From the NCBI GenBank assembly GCA_963758525.1, contig CAVWVQ010000003.1, positions 2,784,001-2,848,000 on the forward strand: 64,000 nucleotides of DNA, in the 5' to 3' direction. Position 1 is the first letter of the stretch. Each line of letters starts with the position of its first letter. The position numbers were made by a program, and so were the translations under genes. Below, piece by piece: positions 10,737 through 21,479 of this stretch. The notes under the pieces are model-generated. The model made no database searches, was not told the DNA's origin, and was given only the letters and a program-made list of their open reading frames with translations. Origin of the DNA: an uncultured Phycisphaerales bacterium. GTDB taxonomy: Bacteria > Planctomycetota > Phycisphaerae > Tepidisphaerales > Tepidisphaeraceae.

Positions 10737-11513
10737 TTATTTCCCGATCTTTTTGACAAGATAGTTCGGATTGTGCTCGACAATCTCATATTTTCCCGAC
10801 GCACGGACTTCCTGAATCACCCGGCCCACGCCCTCAAACGCGTACCCGTCGCTCGAGTCATCGAAGAGGATGTAGCCGTTCTCGACCAGCAGGCGGTCGC
10901 AATTGATGAAGTCGCGTTTCGCGAAGTCATAGGTATGGTTGCCGTCGATGTAGGCGAACGCCAGCGGACCGCCTAGCTGGACGTTGCGGCCAAAGACGTC
11001 CGTGCAGATCTTCGCATCGCGCCAGAGACTGAAGAACTCGTCGGAGAACACCTCAATGGTGTGAGGCAGCCGCAAATGGGAGAACGTCTGCACGTTTCGC
11101 AGGAAGCTTCCCCGGACGAACTCGCGATAATCGTCATGCGTGACTGAAGAGCCCGCGAGAGGTTGGCCGGGTTGAGCGCCCTCGAATTCCCACTTGTCGC
11201 AGGTGAACAACGGGCGGTCTATCGCGTGTCTTCCCATCAGGTATGTCAGAATGTTGGTCGAGAGCCCGCAGAACGAGCCGATTTCGAGAAGCGATCCGGT
11301 CGGCGGCAGATTGCTGATGGCGCGCGACATCGCCGTGACATTTCCGTCCAGCAGCATTCCCGCATTTGCGAAGCGGAGCCAGCGCGTAAACTGCTGCTCC
11401 TGCGACGGAATCGCTGCCTGCCCGTTTTGGGCTCCATTTTTCCCCAGCAGCAATCGAGCCGCCCGAATCGTAATCGGCGGCAATACCTGCTTCAGAGCTT
11501 CTTTCGCCGTCAT
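10737..11513 (-). CDS. Class I SAM-dependent methyltransferase (Methyltransf_24-like)
   Basis: LLEIGSFCGLST motif I; AYIDGNHTY; GYILFDD. Confidence 0.85.
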   Translation of the reverse strand: MTAKEALKQVLPPITIRAARLLLGKNGAQNGQAAIPSQEQQFTRWLRFANAGMLLDGNVTAMSRAISNLPPTGSLLEIGSFCGLSTNILTYLMGRHAIDRPLFTCDKWEFEGAQPGQPLAGSSVTHDDYREFVRGSFLRNVQTFSHLRLPHTIEVFSDEFFSLWRDAKICTDVFGRNVQLGGPLAFAYIDGNHTYDFAKRDFINCDRLLVENGYILFDDSSDGYAFEGVGRVIQEVRASGKYEIVEHNPNYLVKKIGK

Positions 11514-11633
11514 CCTCCCGCTCCTGTCACATTAGATACAGCGTATCTTAACGATCGCCGACGAGAAAATGCGAATGCCGAGACGGGAAGAGTCGTGCCG
11601 GGTGTGGCGCTCGAAAGTGGCGATCGGCTCCGA

Positions 11634-11701
11634 GTAGGGCGGGATTCATCCCGCCGATTTGTTGGCCGGCTGAGAAAACGGCGGGATGAATCCCGCCCTA
11701 C
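11634..11701. repeat. GTAG-type REP doublet (REPIN-like), family A
   Basis: GTAGGGCGGGATTCATCCCGCCG (11634-11656) and its exact reverse complement (11679-11701). Each arm is itself palindromic. Confidence 0.9.
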
Positions 11702-11777
11702 GATCGCAAAATCTGCAATCGCCACAAATAAAAGTTACACCCGTCGTGCCGGGTCAGGGCGATTGCATGTGACAGTT

Positions 11778-11835
11778 TTGTGGTGCAGGCTTCCAGCCTG
11801 CTGCTTGGGAAGCAGGCTGGAAGCCTGCACCACAA
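11778..11835. repeat. REP doublet, family B
   Basis: TTGTGGTGCAGGCTTCCAGCCTGCT ... AGCAGGCTGGAAGCCTGCACCACAA, a perfect 25-bp inverted repeat. Confidence 0.9.
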
Positions 11836-11942
11836 TGGGAAATCGTCCTTCCGGAAGTCACATGCGATTGCCCTGGGTGCCGGGTATGCCCAGTTTTTCG
11901 GGAATTTCCGGGAGCGTGGAACTTTGGGTGCTGCAATTATTT

Positions 11943-12066
11943 CCCCCTCCCCTGGTACTCCGGGGGAGGGCCGGGGTGGGGGCTTGCCAGGGGTCGCGCG
12001 GTGTGGGTAGCGAATCAGCGCTTCGCTTCCCGTCCGCACCTCAATCCCCCGTACAAGGGGAGCAGG
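11943..12066. repeat. Degenerate CCCCTCCC...GGGGAGGG palindromic intergenic repeat
   Basis: CCCCTCCCCTGGTACTCCGGGGGAGGGCCGGGGTGGGGG followed by a decayed partner arm ...TCCCCCGTACAAGGGGAG. Confidence 0.5.
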
Positions 12067-12220
12067 TGACGGGACGCTCCAAGGACGCTCCCGTGAAATT
12101 CACGCACGTTTTGTTATCAAGTTTGCGCGGCTGCTCACACCGTCGCGGGCGGGAAGTTTTTCCCGACCGCGTTATACTCCCGATACGCTTCGGCAACTTG
12201 AGGCGCGAAGAGTCGAGACA

Positions 12221-13372
12221 ATGCGCACAAAACGACTGATCCGACCGCTTGTGCAACTGCTCGTGATACTGTTCGCCTTGGGGCTGCTTTATCACTTCTG
12301 GCATGCAAATCCGCCGCCGCCAGCCCCCGTGGGCGGGGGGGACAATGACGAGGACGACGTCAAATACAGCCCCATTGTGCCTGTGAGCGTCGCTCCAATC
12401 ACGGTTGCGACGATGCACTCGTCTATCTTGGCGTACGGGACGGTCGAAGCAGCGCCGGCCACCGCAAGCGAAGGGGCCGCAGGAGCTTCGATTCGCGTGC
12501 CGGTCCCTTCACTGGTAGCCGAGGTGAACTGCATCGAAGGACAGCACGTCGAGAAAGGGCAAACGCTTTTCAAACTGGACGCACGGGCCGTCTCCGCGAA
12601 CGTCGGGCGTGCGCGACGAGAACTTGCGGCTGCAAATGACAACCTGGCCCGCCTTGAAAAGGCGACCGACGTTCCCCGGCAGTATCAGTTGCGCGGTCAG
12701 CTTGACCGGGATCAAGCTCAAGCCGCGATGGACGCTGCGATCGCCCAGGAGGCGATGCTGAATTTCGCCTCGCCGATTGCGGGATCGGTTGTCCAGTTGA
12801 ACATCCGGCCCGGCGAGCTGGCCGATCCGTCAACGCCGGCGGTGCAGGTTGTCGATCTCAGCCGCCTTGTGATTGCGTTAGAGGTCCCCGGCTGGGAGCT
12901 CAGCGAAATACAACTCGGAGCGGAAGCTGAAATCACCCGGCATGGAGGAAAGGTCCCCGCCGCCGGCGACACAACCGCTCCCGCGACTGGGCCCGTATCG
13001 TTTGCGGGGAAAGTGGTCTTCGTCGATCCGCAGGTCGATGCGAGCACCGGCATGGGCTCGGTGGATGTCTCCGCGCCGCCCGAAATGCATCTGCGGCTCG
13101 GCGACTTCCTCAGCGTGCGGATCGTCAGCCGTGAACACAAGGATTGCCTGACGGTCCCCGCCACGAGCCTTGTAAGAGACGCGAATGACAACTGGGGAAT
13201 CAGCATCGCGGTTCGTGACTTTCACTCCGCGTTTCGCCATCGCGTGCAGGTTGGAATCATCGAAGGGGATCGCGCCGAGGTCGCCGGAGAAGGAGTCTGG
13301 GCCGGCGAATACGTGGTGACCACGGGTGCGCATGCGCTGCCGGACCAATCCAAAATCGAAGTTGCCCGGTAA
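12221..13372 (+). CDS. RND efflux membrane fusion protein (periplasmic adaptor)
   Basis: N-terminal TM, lipoyl-like EGQHVEKGQTLF, coiled coil, SPIAGSV, GKVVFVDPQVD, VPATSLV. Confidence 0.9.
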   Translation: MRTKRLIRPLVQLLVILFALGLLYHFWHANPPPPAPVGGGDNDEDDVKYSPIVPVSVAPITVATMHSSILAYGTVEAAPATASEGAAGASIRVPVPSLVAEVNCIEGQHVEKGQTLFKLDARAVSANVGRARRELAAANDNLARLEKATDVPRQYQLRGQLDRDQAQAAMDAAIAQEAMLNFASPIAGSVVQLNIRPGELADPSTPAVQVVDLSRLVIALEVPGWELSEIQLGAEAEITRHGGKVPAAGDTTAPATGPVSFAGKVVFVDPQVDASTGMGSVDVSAPPEMHLRLGDFLSVRIVSREHKDCLTVPATSLVRDANDNWGISIAVRDFHSAFRHRVQVGIIEGDRAEVAGEGVWAGEYVVTTGAHALPDQSKIEVAR

Positions 13373-13379
13373 TGGGGAC

Positions 13380-16300
13380 ATGGCGAGCCACACGATCGCC
13401 GGCGGGACACATCTGATGAATTCAGCGATCGGAAATTTCGCCGTCCGTCACGCCGTCTCCATCACCTTCCTCGTCGTCGCAGGCTGCATCGGCGGCGGAT
13501 ATGCCGCCCTGAACATGCCCTCGTCGGTATTTCCCGAGGTCAATTTTCCGCGCGTCATCATCCTGGTCGACAACGGCACGATGAAGGCCGACGAGATGAT
13601 GGCGTCGATCACGCGCCCGATCGAAGAAGCGATGAAAGACATCCCCGGCTGCAGGACGATTCGCTCCTCGACGGGCCGCGGCTCGGCCGAGATCGACGTC
13701 TTCTTCACCTGGGACGTCGATATAAAGCAGTCCGAGCTCTATATCAACAGCCGCCTGTCGCAGCTTCGCGGCGCGCTTCCCGCAAGTGCCAATGCCACCG
13801 CATACCGAATGACCTTCTCGGCGTTTCCGATTATCGGCGTGAGTCTCACCAGCCCGTCTCGTGACACCGGCGCGATCTGGGAGACGGCGCGTTATGAACT
13901 CAAGCCGCGATTGCTCCGCATCCCTGGTGTCGCGCGCGTGGAAATCGTGGGAGGTCGACCGCCCGAGTATCAGGTGACTGTCGATCCGGCCCGGCTTGCG
14001 GCGGCGCATCTCACGCTGGCGCAGGTTGCGGACGCTTTCAAACGCAACAATCTCATCGCGCCGTCAGGGCTGCATGAGGAAGACGCGCGGCTGTATTTGA
14101 CCGTCGTCGACGGACGACTGCGATCGCTGGCGGACATCGAAAATCTCACGGTGCCCGCGGGCAACGGAACTCCCGTCCAAATCAAGGAAATCGCCACCGT
14201 CGATCGCGGTCACGAGCCGGCGTTCAGCCGGGTCACCGCCGACGGCGCCAACGCGGTGCTGCTGAACATCTTTTCGCAGCCGGACGCGAGCACCGTGGAA
14301 ATCGCCGATCGGGTCCAGGAACAGCTTCGTGCCATGCGGCAGGAGCTTCCCGCCGACATCCGGTCGCGGTTGTTCTACGATCAGTCGCTGCTCGTGCGCG
14401 CTTCGCTGAAAGGGGTATGGGAATCGATCGGCTTTGGCCTGATCCTTTCGGCCGCGATCTTGTATCTGTTCCTGAAAAACTGGAGCAGCACGCTGATCGC
14501 CGCGGCGGTCATCCCCATCGCGGTGCTGTTCACCATTCTGGCAATGAAACTGTTCGGCATGAGCTTCAATCTCATGACGCTGGGCGGAATTGCTGCCGCG
14601 ATCGGTCTGGTGATCGACGACGCGATTGTGGTGGTCGAAGCAATCTACACGAAGCTCGCCACGGGTCTGGGCCGCGTGGAAGCGGTGCAGGTGACCGTCA
14701 GTGAAATCCTCTCTCCGTTGCTGGGTTCCACGCTCACACCGGTGGTGGTCTTTATTCCCCTGGCGTTTCTCGACGGCATCACCGGCGTCTTCTTCCGCGC
14801 ACTGGCGCTCACCATGACGGTCTCCCTTCTCACATCGCTGATCCTCGCGCTCACGCTGACGCCGTCGCTCGCTTCCTGGCTCATGCGCGCGCCCTCGCAA
14901 CGGGCGGTTCCTGAACTGCAGCAAGCCGAGGAAAGCGGCCTGCTCCTGCGGCTGGTCATCCGTCTCTATGAGATCAGCGTCGTTCAAGCGCTGCGGCATC
15001 GCTGGTTCACGCTCGCAATCTGCGGGCTGGTCCTCGTATTTGCCGCGATGCTCTATTCAACGCTCGACAGCAATTTTCTTCCCGCCATCGACGAAGGCGG
15101 CTTCGTGATCGACTACATCGCGCCGCCGGGCACGAGTCTCACCGAAATCAATCGGCAGATGTTCCAGGCGGAAGCGATGCTCAGGAGCATTCCCGAGGTC
15201 GAAAGCTATTCCCGCCGAACCGGCGAGGGGCTTGGCGTGCAACTCGTTGAGCCCAACACCGGTGATTTTCTCGTCAAGCTCAAGCCCGATCGCAAGCGGA
15301 CCACGCAGCAGGTCATTGCCGACGTGCGGGAAAAATTCAACGTCGCGCTTCCGCTGACCAAATGGGATTTCCCCGGCATTCTCAGTGATCTGATCGGGGA
15401 TATGACGCTGGCGGATCAGCCGATCGAGGTGAAGATCATCTCGAACGATATCGAGTTCCTCAAGGACAGGGACGTGAAAGTCGTAGCCGCGCTGAAAAGA
15501 GTCCCCGGCGTCGTCGACGTGCTGAACGGCATGATCTACACCGGGCCGACGATCGACATCCACGTGCGGACCGGCGACGCCCAGCATTTCGGCCTGAGCA
15601 CCGAGGAGATCGGCAACGCCATCAATCTCGCGATGCTCGGTCAGACAGTGTCGGCTGTCCCCGAGGCCGATCGGCTCGTCAACATCAGAGTGAAGGGGAA
15701 TAACGATTCCGTCGACAGGATCGAGAAACTGCACAGCCTGCCGCTGCGGGCCGGGAGCGGCGCGCTGATCACGCTCGCCCAGGTCGCGGACATTCGCCAG
15801 ACGCCGGGGGATCTCGAATTGCATCGCGACGACCTCCGCCAGGACCTTTCTGTCGACGCGGAACTGGAAGGCCGCGACCTCGGCAGCACCATGGCCCAGA
15901 TCCGCTCGATTCTCGACAAAGACAAAAGCTTTCCCCCCGGCAGCATCGAATACGGCGGAACCTATGAAGAACAACAGGAATCCTTCAGAAAGCTCATCGT
16001 TGTGCTGGTGCTCGCCGTGGTCCTCGTCTTCACCGTCGCGCTGCTGGAATTCCGCTCGTTCTCCGCGCCGCTTGCCATTGTCTTCGGCGCGCTCCTCTCG
16101 TTCTTCGGCATCGTCGCGGCACTGAAAATGACTGGAACATCCCTCAGCGTCGTCGCATTTCTCGGCGCCATCATCGGCATGGGCATCGTCCACAAGAACG
16201 GCATCCTCCTGCTCGACTACGTCGAGCATCTGCGCGCCCAGGGAATGACTCTCGAAAATGCCCTTCTCTACTCCGGCCGTCGTCGGCTGCGTCCCGTTTT

Positions 16301-16508
16301 AATGACATCGCTTGCCGCCGCGATGGGAATGCTCCCCCTCGCATACGGCATCGGCTCCGGCACCGACATGCTGCGCCCGCTCGCGATCGCCGTCATGGGC
16401 GCGGTCTGCATTTCCGTGCTTCTGTCTCTGATCGCAACGCCGACGATGTATTACCTGCTGCTGCGGCTCGGCGACGGCTCCCGTCACCATAGAGTTGCCA
16501 AGCCATGA
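13380..16508 (+). CDS. RND efflux permease (AcrB/CusA/CzcA family)
   Basis: ~1040 aa; NLMTLGGIAAAIGLVIDDAIVVVE, KNGILL, RRLRPVLMTSLA, LRPLAIAVMG. Alternative start at 13416. Confidence 0.95.
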   Translation: MASHTIAGGTHLMNSAIGNFAVRHAVSITFLVVAGCIGGGYAALNMPSSVFPEVNFPRVIILVDNGTMKADEMMASITRPIEEAMKDIPGCRTIRSSTGRGSAEIDVFFTWDVDIKQSELYINSRLSQLRGALPASANATAYRMTFSAFPIIGVSLTSPSRDTGAIWETARYELKPRLLRIPGVARVEIVGGRPPEYQVTVDPARLAAAHLTLAQVADAFKRNNLIAPSGLHEEDARLYLTVVDGRLRSLADIENLTVPAGNGTPVQIKEIATVDRGHEPAFSRVTADGANAVLLNIFSQPDASTVEIADRVQEQLRAMRQELPADIRSRLFYDQSLLVRASLKGVWESIGFGLILSAAILYLFLKNWSSTLIAAAVIPIAVLFTILAMKLFGMSFNLMTLGGIAAAIGLVIDDAIVVVEAIYTKLATGLGRVEAVQVTVSEILSPLLGSTLTPVVVFIPLAFLDGITGVFFRALALTMTVSLLTSLILALTLTPSLASWLMRAPSQRAVPELQQAEESGLLLRLVIRLYEISVVQALRHRWFTLAICGLVLVFAAMLYSTLDSNFLPAIDEGGFVIDYIAPPGTSLTEINRQMFQAEAMLRSIPEVESYSRRTGEGLGVQLVEPNTGDFLVKLKPDRKRTTQQVIADVREKFNVALPLTKWDFPGILSDLIGDMTLADQPIEVKIISNDIEFLKDRDVKVVAALKRVPGVVDVLNGMIYTGPTIDIHVRTGDAQHFGLSTEEIGNAINLAMLGQTVSAVPEADRLVNIRVKGNNDSVDRIEKLHSLPLRAGSGALITLAQVADIRQTPGDLELHRDDLRQDLSVDAELEGRDLGSTMAQIRSILDKDKSFPPGSIEYGGTYEEQQESFRKLIVVLVLAVVLVFTVALLEFRSFSAPLAIVFGALLSFFGIVAALKMTGTSLSVVAFLGAIIGMGIVHKNGILLLDYVEHLRAQGMTLENALLYSGRRRLRPVLMTSLAAAMGMLPLAYGIGSGTDMLRPLAIAVMGAVCISVLLSLIATPTMYYLLLRLGDGSRHHRVAKP

Positions 16509-16519
16509 GTTACGCGAGG

Positions 16520-19500
16520 CTATCGAGCACCGGCGAGGTTTGCCGTCAGATGTTCCAGAACTACCCAAAGCCCAAATCCGCTGGAAGGAAGCAGAATCGC
16601 CGCGAGCCACGGGTACTGCGACAAGATCGAAAATGCTCCCCGGCGTTCCTCCTGCACCTCATTTGCCAATAGTTCAAATGTCTGCGCCAGAAGGATCACT
16701 ATCCTGTACGCAACTCAGCTTTCGCTCCTGCAGCTTTCTCAATGCCGTCTCCCGCGCCCTCTCCGCGCTCTGCGCAAAAGAATCGCGGCCAATAGCGCCA
16801 GCGCTACGTTACTTGCGAGAATGATCAGTAATCCCACCGGCCAGTCCCAGTTATCAAATAAGCTGATCCTCGAAATAATAATCAGGAAATAAATGATAAA
16901 AGGAAGGTAAATGACGTTGCCTACAACTTCGGTCCGCATTGCGATGAAGCGGATATCGAGATACTCCGCAAGCTCGGCCGGCGCGATGAGCTTCGTTTGA
17001 AGTTGGTCGTATGCACACGCGGGCCAATGAGTATCGCGTTTCAACAGAAGGTGGATGATCTTCGAGTTGAGATAACTGGCATCAACGACATAGAACGTGA
17101 AGGCAATTGATGAAAAGACGCTTAGCATGGTAATCCCCCGATCCCAGGCGGCAACGTCGTGGCCCCTGGCGGGAATTTGAGGGTCGCCGAACAGTTGAAT
17201 GAGTTGCCAGGCGGCATAGAAATAGAGCGCCGCTCCGAGAAGCACGCGAAGCAATCGAACTCGGTTGTCCGCGCACAGCCGTATTCCTTCCACACGTCCC
17301 ACGCATACACCTTCGCGGCATCGGAATGTGTGCCGAGCTCGGCCGGTGAACCGACTCGCTGACGAGCACAGTCGATTCCATAGACCTTCCACCTTTTGAA
17401 GTTCCTGTGCAGCGCCGCCAGAAAGGGCGCAGGGGATAGGCGCTTGCTGAGCCCGAACTTCTTGCAGATTTCGTCGTTGCTTTTTTTCAAATCGTAATTT
17501 GCCTTATAGATGAAGTGGAAACAGAGCATCGCTGCGAGCAACCGGAGCGCCTCCGTCGGCCAGATGCTAAGCCCCTCGATCCAGGCAAACGGCTCCTGAT
17601 AAAATTCGTATTTCACGATGAGAAAATGGACGGTGAGATAAACGACCGCCGTCGCGAAAACGAGGAAGACTGTCGTATAGCTCAGGAACCGCGGCACGTT
17701 GAGCTTCGCCGGCCGGACTCCGAAACAGACGGGTACAATAAACAACAGCGCCAGAGCAATGGATAGATTGCGAAACAAATTGCGGCGCCTTCCCCCTGGT
17801 CCCACCATGACTTTAAGTCTTGCCGCGGCGGTTGAATCTGTGATGGCCTGTCCTTCTCGCCGGAATACGGTCTAACCTCTCCTCCCTCCTCCGATTGGCT
17901 CGCGCGATCGACGCTCATATCGAACGCTTCGGTTCGCCCGATTTCATAAACCCGCGGCAGCCCGAGCTGCTGCCTCCATCCTCCTTTCTCCATTTGCGCC
18001 GGGTCCACCGCCGCGACGGTCGCCGCGAATCCAGCAGTTTGAAGCGAATCGCGAAATGGCGGAATATTCCCCTGATAATATCGATGCAACCGCAAGCCAA
18101 AGCCGGAGGCGACAAGCAGGTTGTGCGTTGTCCTCCATTCGGAAGGAAGGTTGTACCGGGCGTCCAGGTCGGTAGTGAAGTAGACGACGCCGCTGGAAAG
18201 CCGGTCGCGAACCGCGCAACACCAGCAGCTTGTCATACAGGTCAGTACCGAGGATTCCGACAGCGGCAAGATGATTCCCATCGCGCCGCAGATCGGCATC
18301 CCATTCCGCCAGTTGATCCGCCAAGCGGCGCAAATAGTCCGATTGAGCCAGCCCTTCCGGCGGCTCCGCGGCACCGCCCAATTTGAGGCTGGCTCGCTCC
18401 GTCTCTCGGGATTTTGCGGCATCAGAGGCTTTGCCGCTGTTACCGGTTCCTGCAATCTTCCCATCGATGCCGCGCAGATAAACAAATGCCCTGATCCAGC
18501 CGGAAAATTCTTTGCCTCCCCAGTCAGCGCCGCCACTCGCCGTCCTGTGGCGGCGGCAACGAAATTGAAAGAAAGTGCACGTCCGAAAACCGTATCCCAC
18601 TCCCCGATCAACGCAATATAACCGTGCGATTCTGCATCAATGGGAGGGATCTCGCCAGCTTGAGAAGCCGCGGGTTGCCCAATGCTCTCGTCGCAATACG
18701 AAAGGAACTTCCCGGCTGGAAGATCTACGTTGCGTCGGTACAATTCGGCTGCGAGTTCGTCGCAAATGTTCGAGTCGGTGAGGGTCGTCCGCACGAACCG
18801 GAATGGTTCGATGCGGTTGCCTCGAAAACCGCGGGATAGATAGGCGCTGACACTTTCGCGCGCCCTTCGCGGATTAAACGAGCACTTCTCGTCCAGAAAC
18901 AGGGCCTCATCCGAGGCGGTGGCCCACGGAGACATGATCTCGATACTGCCGCGTCGACCGAACGAATCGAACGGACCCGGACGCGACGAATCGGGATAGT
19001 CCTGAGCCTCAGCCTCCTCGACCATCGCGCGCAATGTCGTTGACACGCACGGACCGATGATCCTCACGTTTGCGTTGACCCCCCTGGGGATGACTGACTG
19101 AAGAAGCCATCCCAATCGCGTCATTGGAAAATCATAAAACACATTTTCGTTAACCCAGAGAACCAGGACCTTCTTGTACGCTGTATCGCCCTTGGTTTGT
19201 CGGGCAATTGGAACTCCGGCCATCGGCACGCCGGGCGCTTCGCACCACTCGTAAGGAATCACCAGATTTAGGATCAGATCGCCCGCCCAAGTGTGGTCGG
19301 GAAGCTGGGGGCGCGGCAACTCGGTCATGCGGGTTGAAGGCCATCCCATGGTGAAATAGCCCAGATGAACGGTATCGTCGGGTTTATACCCGCGAATTCC
19401 CAACGCCTCCAAGACCGCTACGCGGGTGCGAATTCTCCGCTCGGCTATTTCGGGGTATGCGTCCCCCTGCACCATCACGGGAAGTATCAGGGTCGACTCG

Positions 19501-19979
19501 CCCCTGACCTGTGCGGTGTCGATGATCTGATCCTGTATCTCCCGAAGCGAATGACGCGGAGGCGGAATCAGCTTGGCCAGCGGTATGCTGCCGGGCTCCC
19601 GAGGGCTTTTCGTCAAACCGTCGGCTGCTGATTGGGTCCCCATATGCGGACACGCCGATTCGGTGGAAAGCGCGTCTCCCTGGTAATGGCCAAGTTGCAC
19701 CTTGCCATTGAACAGCGATTTGCTGCCGGTGCTGATGTCGATGGATGTGGTCTCGGTCCACGACGTCGGCGGGTGGTATTCGCTGGAGACGGCCTCAAGT
19801 GGATCTTGCCAAAGCCTCGCGTCCACGTCCTCGTCACCAATTGTCTGACTATTCGTTGCGGTAAAATCGGGGCGATCCGTCGTGAGCGGATGGTAATACA
19901 GAGATGCGCTTCCCACCGCCAGAAACAGCGCCATTAACGTTGGCCACGGAATAGAGCTGGCCCCTTTTTGTTCAGCCAT
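16520..19979 (-). CDS. Large uncharacterised membrane protein (periplasmic domain plus C-terminal multi-TM region), split by several frameshifts
   Basis: Pieces 17682-19979, 17944-18600, 17122-17808 and 16739-17392 interleave into one gene. The last frame ends ...AAILLPSSGFGLWVVLEHLTANLAGAR* at 16520. Confidence 0.65.
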
Positions 19980-20100
19980 TGCGCACCCTAAGGGGTGTCT
20001 CTACCCGATCGATCTTCCGCCTGTAAAGAAATCCGTGCGCCCGCGACAATTATTTGCCATCGCCATAATTGGCGTGTCAAGCCTTATTCGCTGCTGCGGC

Positions 20101-20580
20101 TCAAATGGTGGAACCCCGCGGCTTGATCAGCCTCGGATCGAACTGATGCCGAAATTCTTTTCCAATTGGATGTTGCCAAAGTCCGGATGCAACACGTTCA
20201 GGAGGAAATTGCTCTCGCCTTGAATGATCGCACTCGGCACCTCAAGAACGGCTGACACACCCGACGCCACCCAATCCGTCCCGATCTTCTGCACGGCAGC
20301 GGGGATTGGATTGGCACGCCAGTTTCGAGGCAGGTCTGTCAAGCGAACTCCCTGACCAATCCGTCGTCAAAAGTGACCGACCGCACCGCGTAAGCGCCCA
20401 TGATCTCCGACGACTGGAGATGAACGAGCATCTCAAGCGACGCAAGCGAGACGGTTGCCGATGTGTAAACTACGGCGACGCCCTTGCTGTTGAATCTGCC
20501 GCCGTGGAGCCGCGCTCCTTCGCCCGAAAAGGCAGTGGACGAATGCTTGCGCTATAGATGCGCCAAGCAGTGATCGTCAC
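20101..20580 (-). CDS. RES-domain toxin (MbcT/ParT-like NAD+-consuming enzyme), three apparent 1-nt frameshifts (error or pseudogene)
   Basis: GTG overlaps the upstream stop (GTGA). Piecewise reading: VTITAWRIY / AFSGEGARLHGGRFNSKGVAVVYTSATVSLASLEMLVH / LPRNW...VLEVPSAIIQGESNFLLNVLHPDF / FDPRL. The R, E and S signature residues are present. Confidence 0.85.
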
Positions 20581-21338
20581 GTAAAGATTCCATGTTCGAG
20601 ACGGCCGATCAGGTCCTCAACCTCGCGTGCACCGATGTCGGTTTGAGCGAAATCGAGAGGTTTCTGCCCAGCAAGCGCGGGCTGCGGCGTCTGCAGCCAT
20701 TCGATCGCGGCCCTTCGGTCACCCTCAAAGAGCCCCACCGCCTTGTCAACGACTCTTGCGGCCCGAATCAGGCGGTCGCGATCGTCCCGCTGCAGAACTT
20801 CGATATATTCCGGCGGCACGTGCTCGGTCAGCCAGACGCCATTGGCGCTGACGAAAAAGGGGACGCCGTCGCGATGCATCTGGCCGGACGACACTTTCAG
20901 CAGGATCGGATCTCCCCGCCGTTCACCAACCTTCATTGCCGTCGGCACGTCAACGCTCAAATGCACGTGATGCCGCTTGCCCTTGATTAGTCCAGCCTTG
21001 CGGATCGAATTGAGGAATCGATCGACCGTCCCGTGATAGAGCGTCTCCGGTGGAACCGCCGGCTCGTACCCGAGTTCCACGGCAACGCTGTGTCCCTGGC
21101 TGGCGCGAATCTTCTGGCGATCCTCGCTGAACGCGAAGCGTTTCTTGTCGCAGGTGTCGACAACTTCGTTGAGCTCTGCTTCCGACACGGGAAACTTCGA
21201 TCTCCCCATCGCGTCGAGCAATTCACGGACGCTCACCCAGCCGGCTTCATCGAGCGTGATGCCAATTTCCTGCGGCTTGTGCCGGAGCACCAGGCTCAAA
21301 AACTTGCTGATTCTTGTGATTCGCTGCGTTTGCATCAT
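20577..21338 (-). CDS. kptA: RNA 2'-phosphotransferase Tpt1/KptA fused to an MbcA/ParS/Xre antitoxin C-terminal domain
   Basis: SKFLSLVLRH, DKKRF, IRASQGHS, LYHGT, RHHVHLS, NGVWLT, then in frame DRLIRAARVVDKAVGLFEGD...WLQTPQPALAGQKPLDFAQTDIGAREVEDLIGRLEHGIFT*. Likely ATG at 21338 or 21335. Confidence 0.9.
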   Translation of the reverse strand: MMQTQRITRISKFLSLVLRHKPQEIGITLDEAGWVSVRELLDAMGRSKFPVSEAELNEVVDTCDKKRFAFSEDRQKIRASQGHSVAVELGYEPAVPPETLYHGTVDRFLNSIRKAGLIKGKRHHVHLSVDVPTAMKVGERRGDPILLKVSSGQMHRDGVPFFVSANGVWLTEHVPPEYIEVLQRDDRDRLIRAARVVDKAVGLFEGDRRAAIEWLQTPQPALAGQKPLDFAQTDIGAREVEDLIGRLEHGIFT

Positions 21339-21389
21339 CGCACCATTCAACTGTCCATGTGGCCATTCCCTTGGAAATGGGGTCGACGA

Positions 21390-21461
21390 TGTAGGGCGGG
21401 ATTCATCCCGCCGTGCCTTCTGCAGAATCACCGGCTACGGCGGGATGAATCCCGCCCTACA
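21390..21461. repeat. GTAG-type REP doublet, family A (second copy), between pncA and kptA
   Basis: TGTAGGGCGGGATTCATCCCGCCGT ... ACGGCGGGATGAATCCCGCCCTACA; arms match 11634-11701, spacer differs. Confidence 0.9.
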
Positions 21462-21479
21462 GGAAGCCGGCCCGCGCGT

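Noticed and set aside
9355..10764. Long antisense ORFs (e.g. 9355-10764 +, 25907-27502 -, 51738-53081 +, 15057-16229 -)
   Set aside because: They are shadow frames opposite recognisable genes in high-GC DNA and have no motifs of their own.
11163..12239. 358-aa ORF spanning the REP cluster
   Set aside because: It is translated repeats (VGRDSSRR, RRDESRPT, RLEACTT) plus the antisense of the methyltransferase.
21339..21431. N-terminal extension of the Tpt1 fusion in the ORF track
   Set aside because: It runs through the REP (RRDESRPT). Tpt1 similarity begins at MMQTQ (21338).
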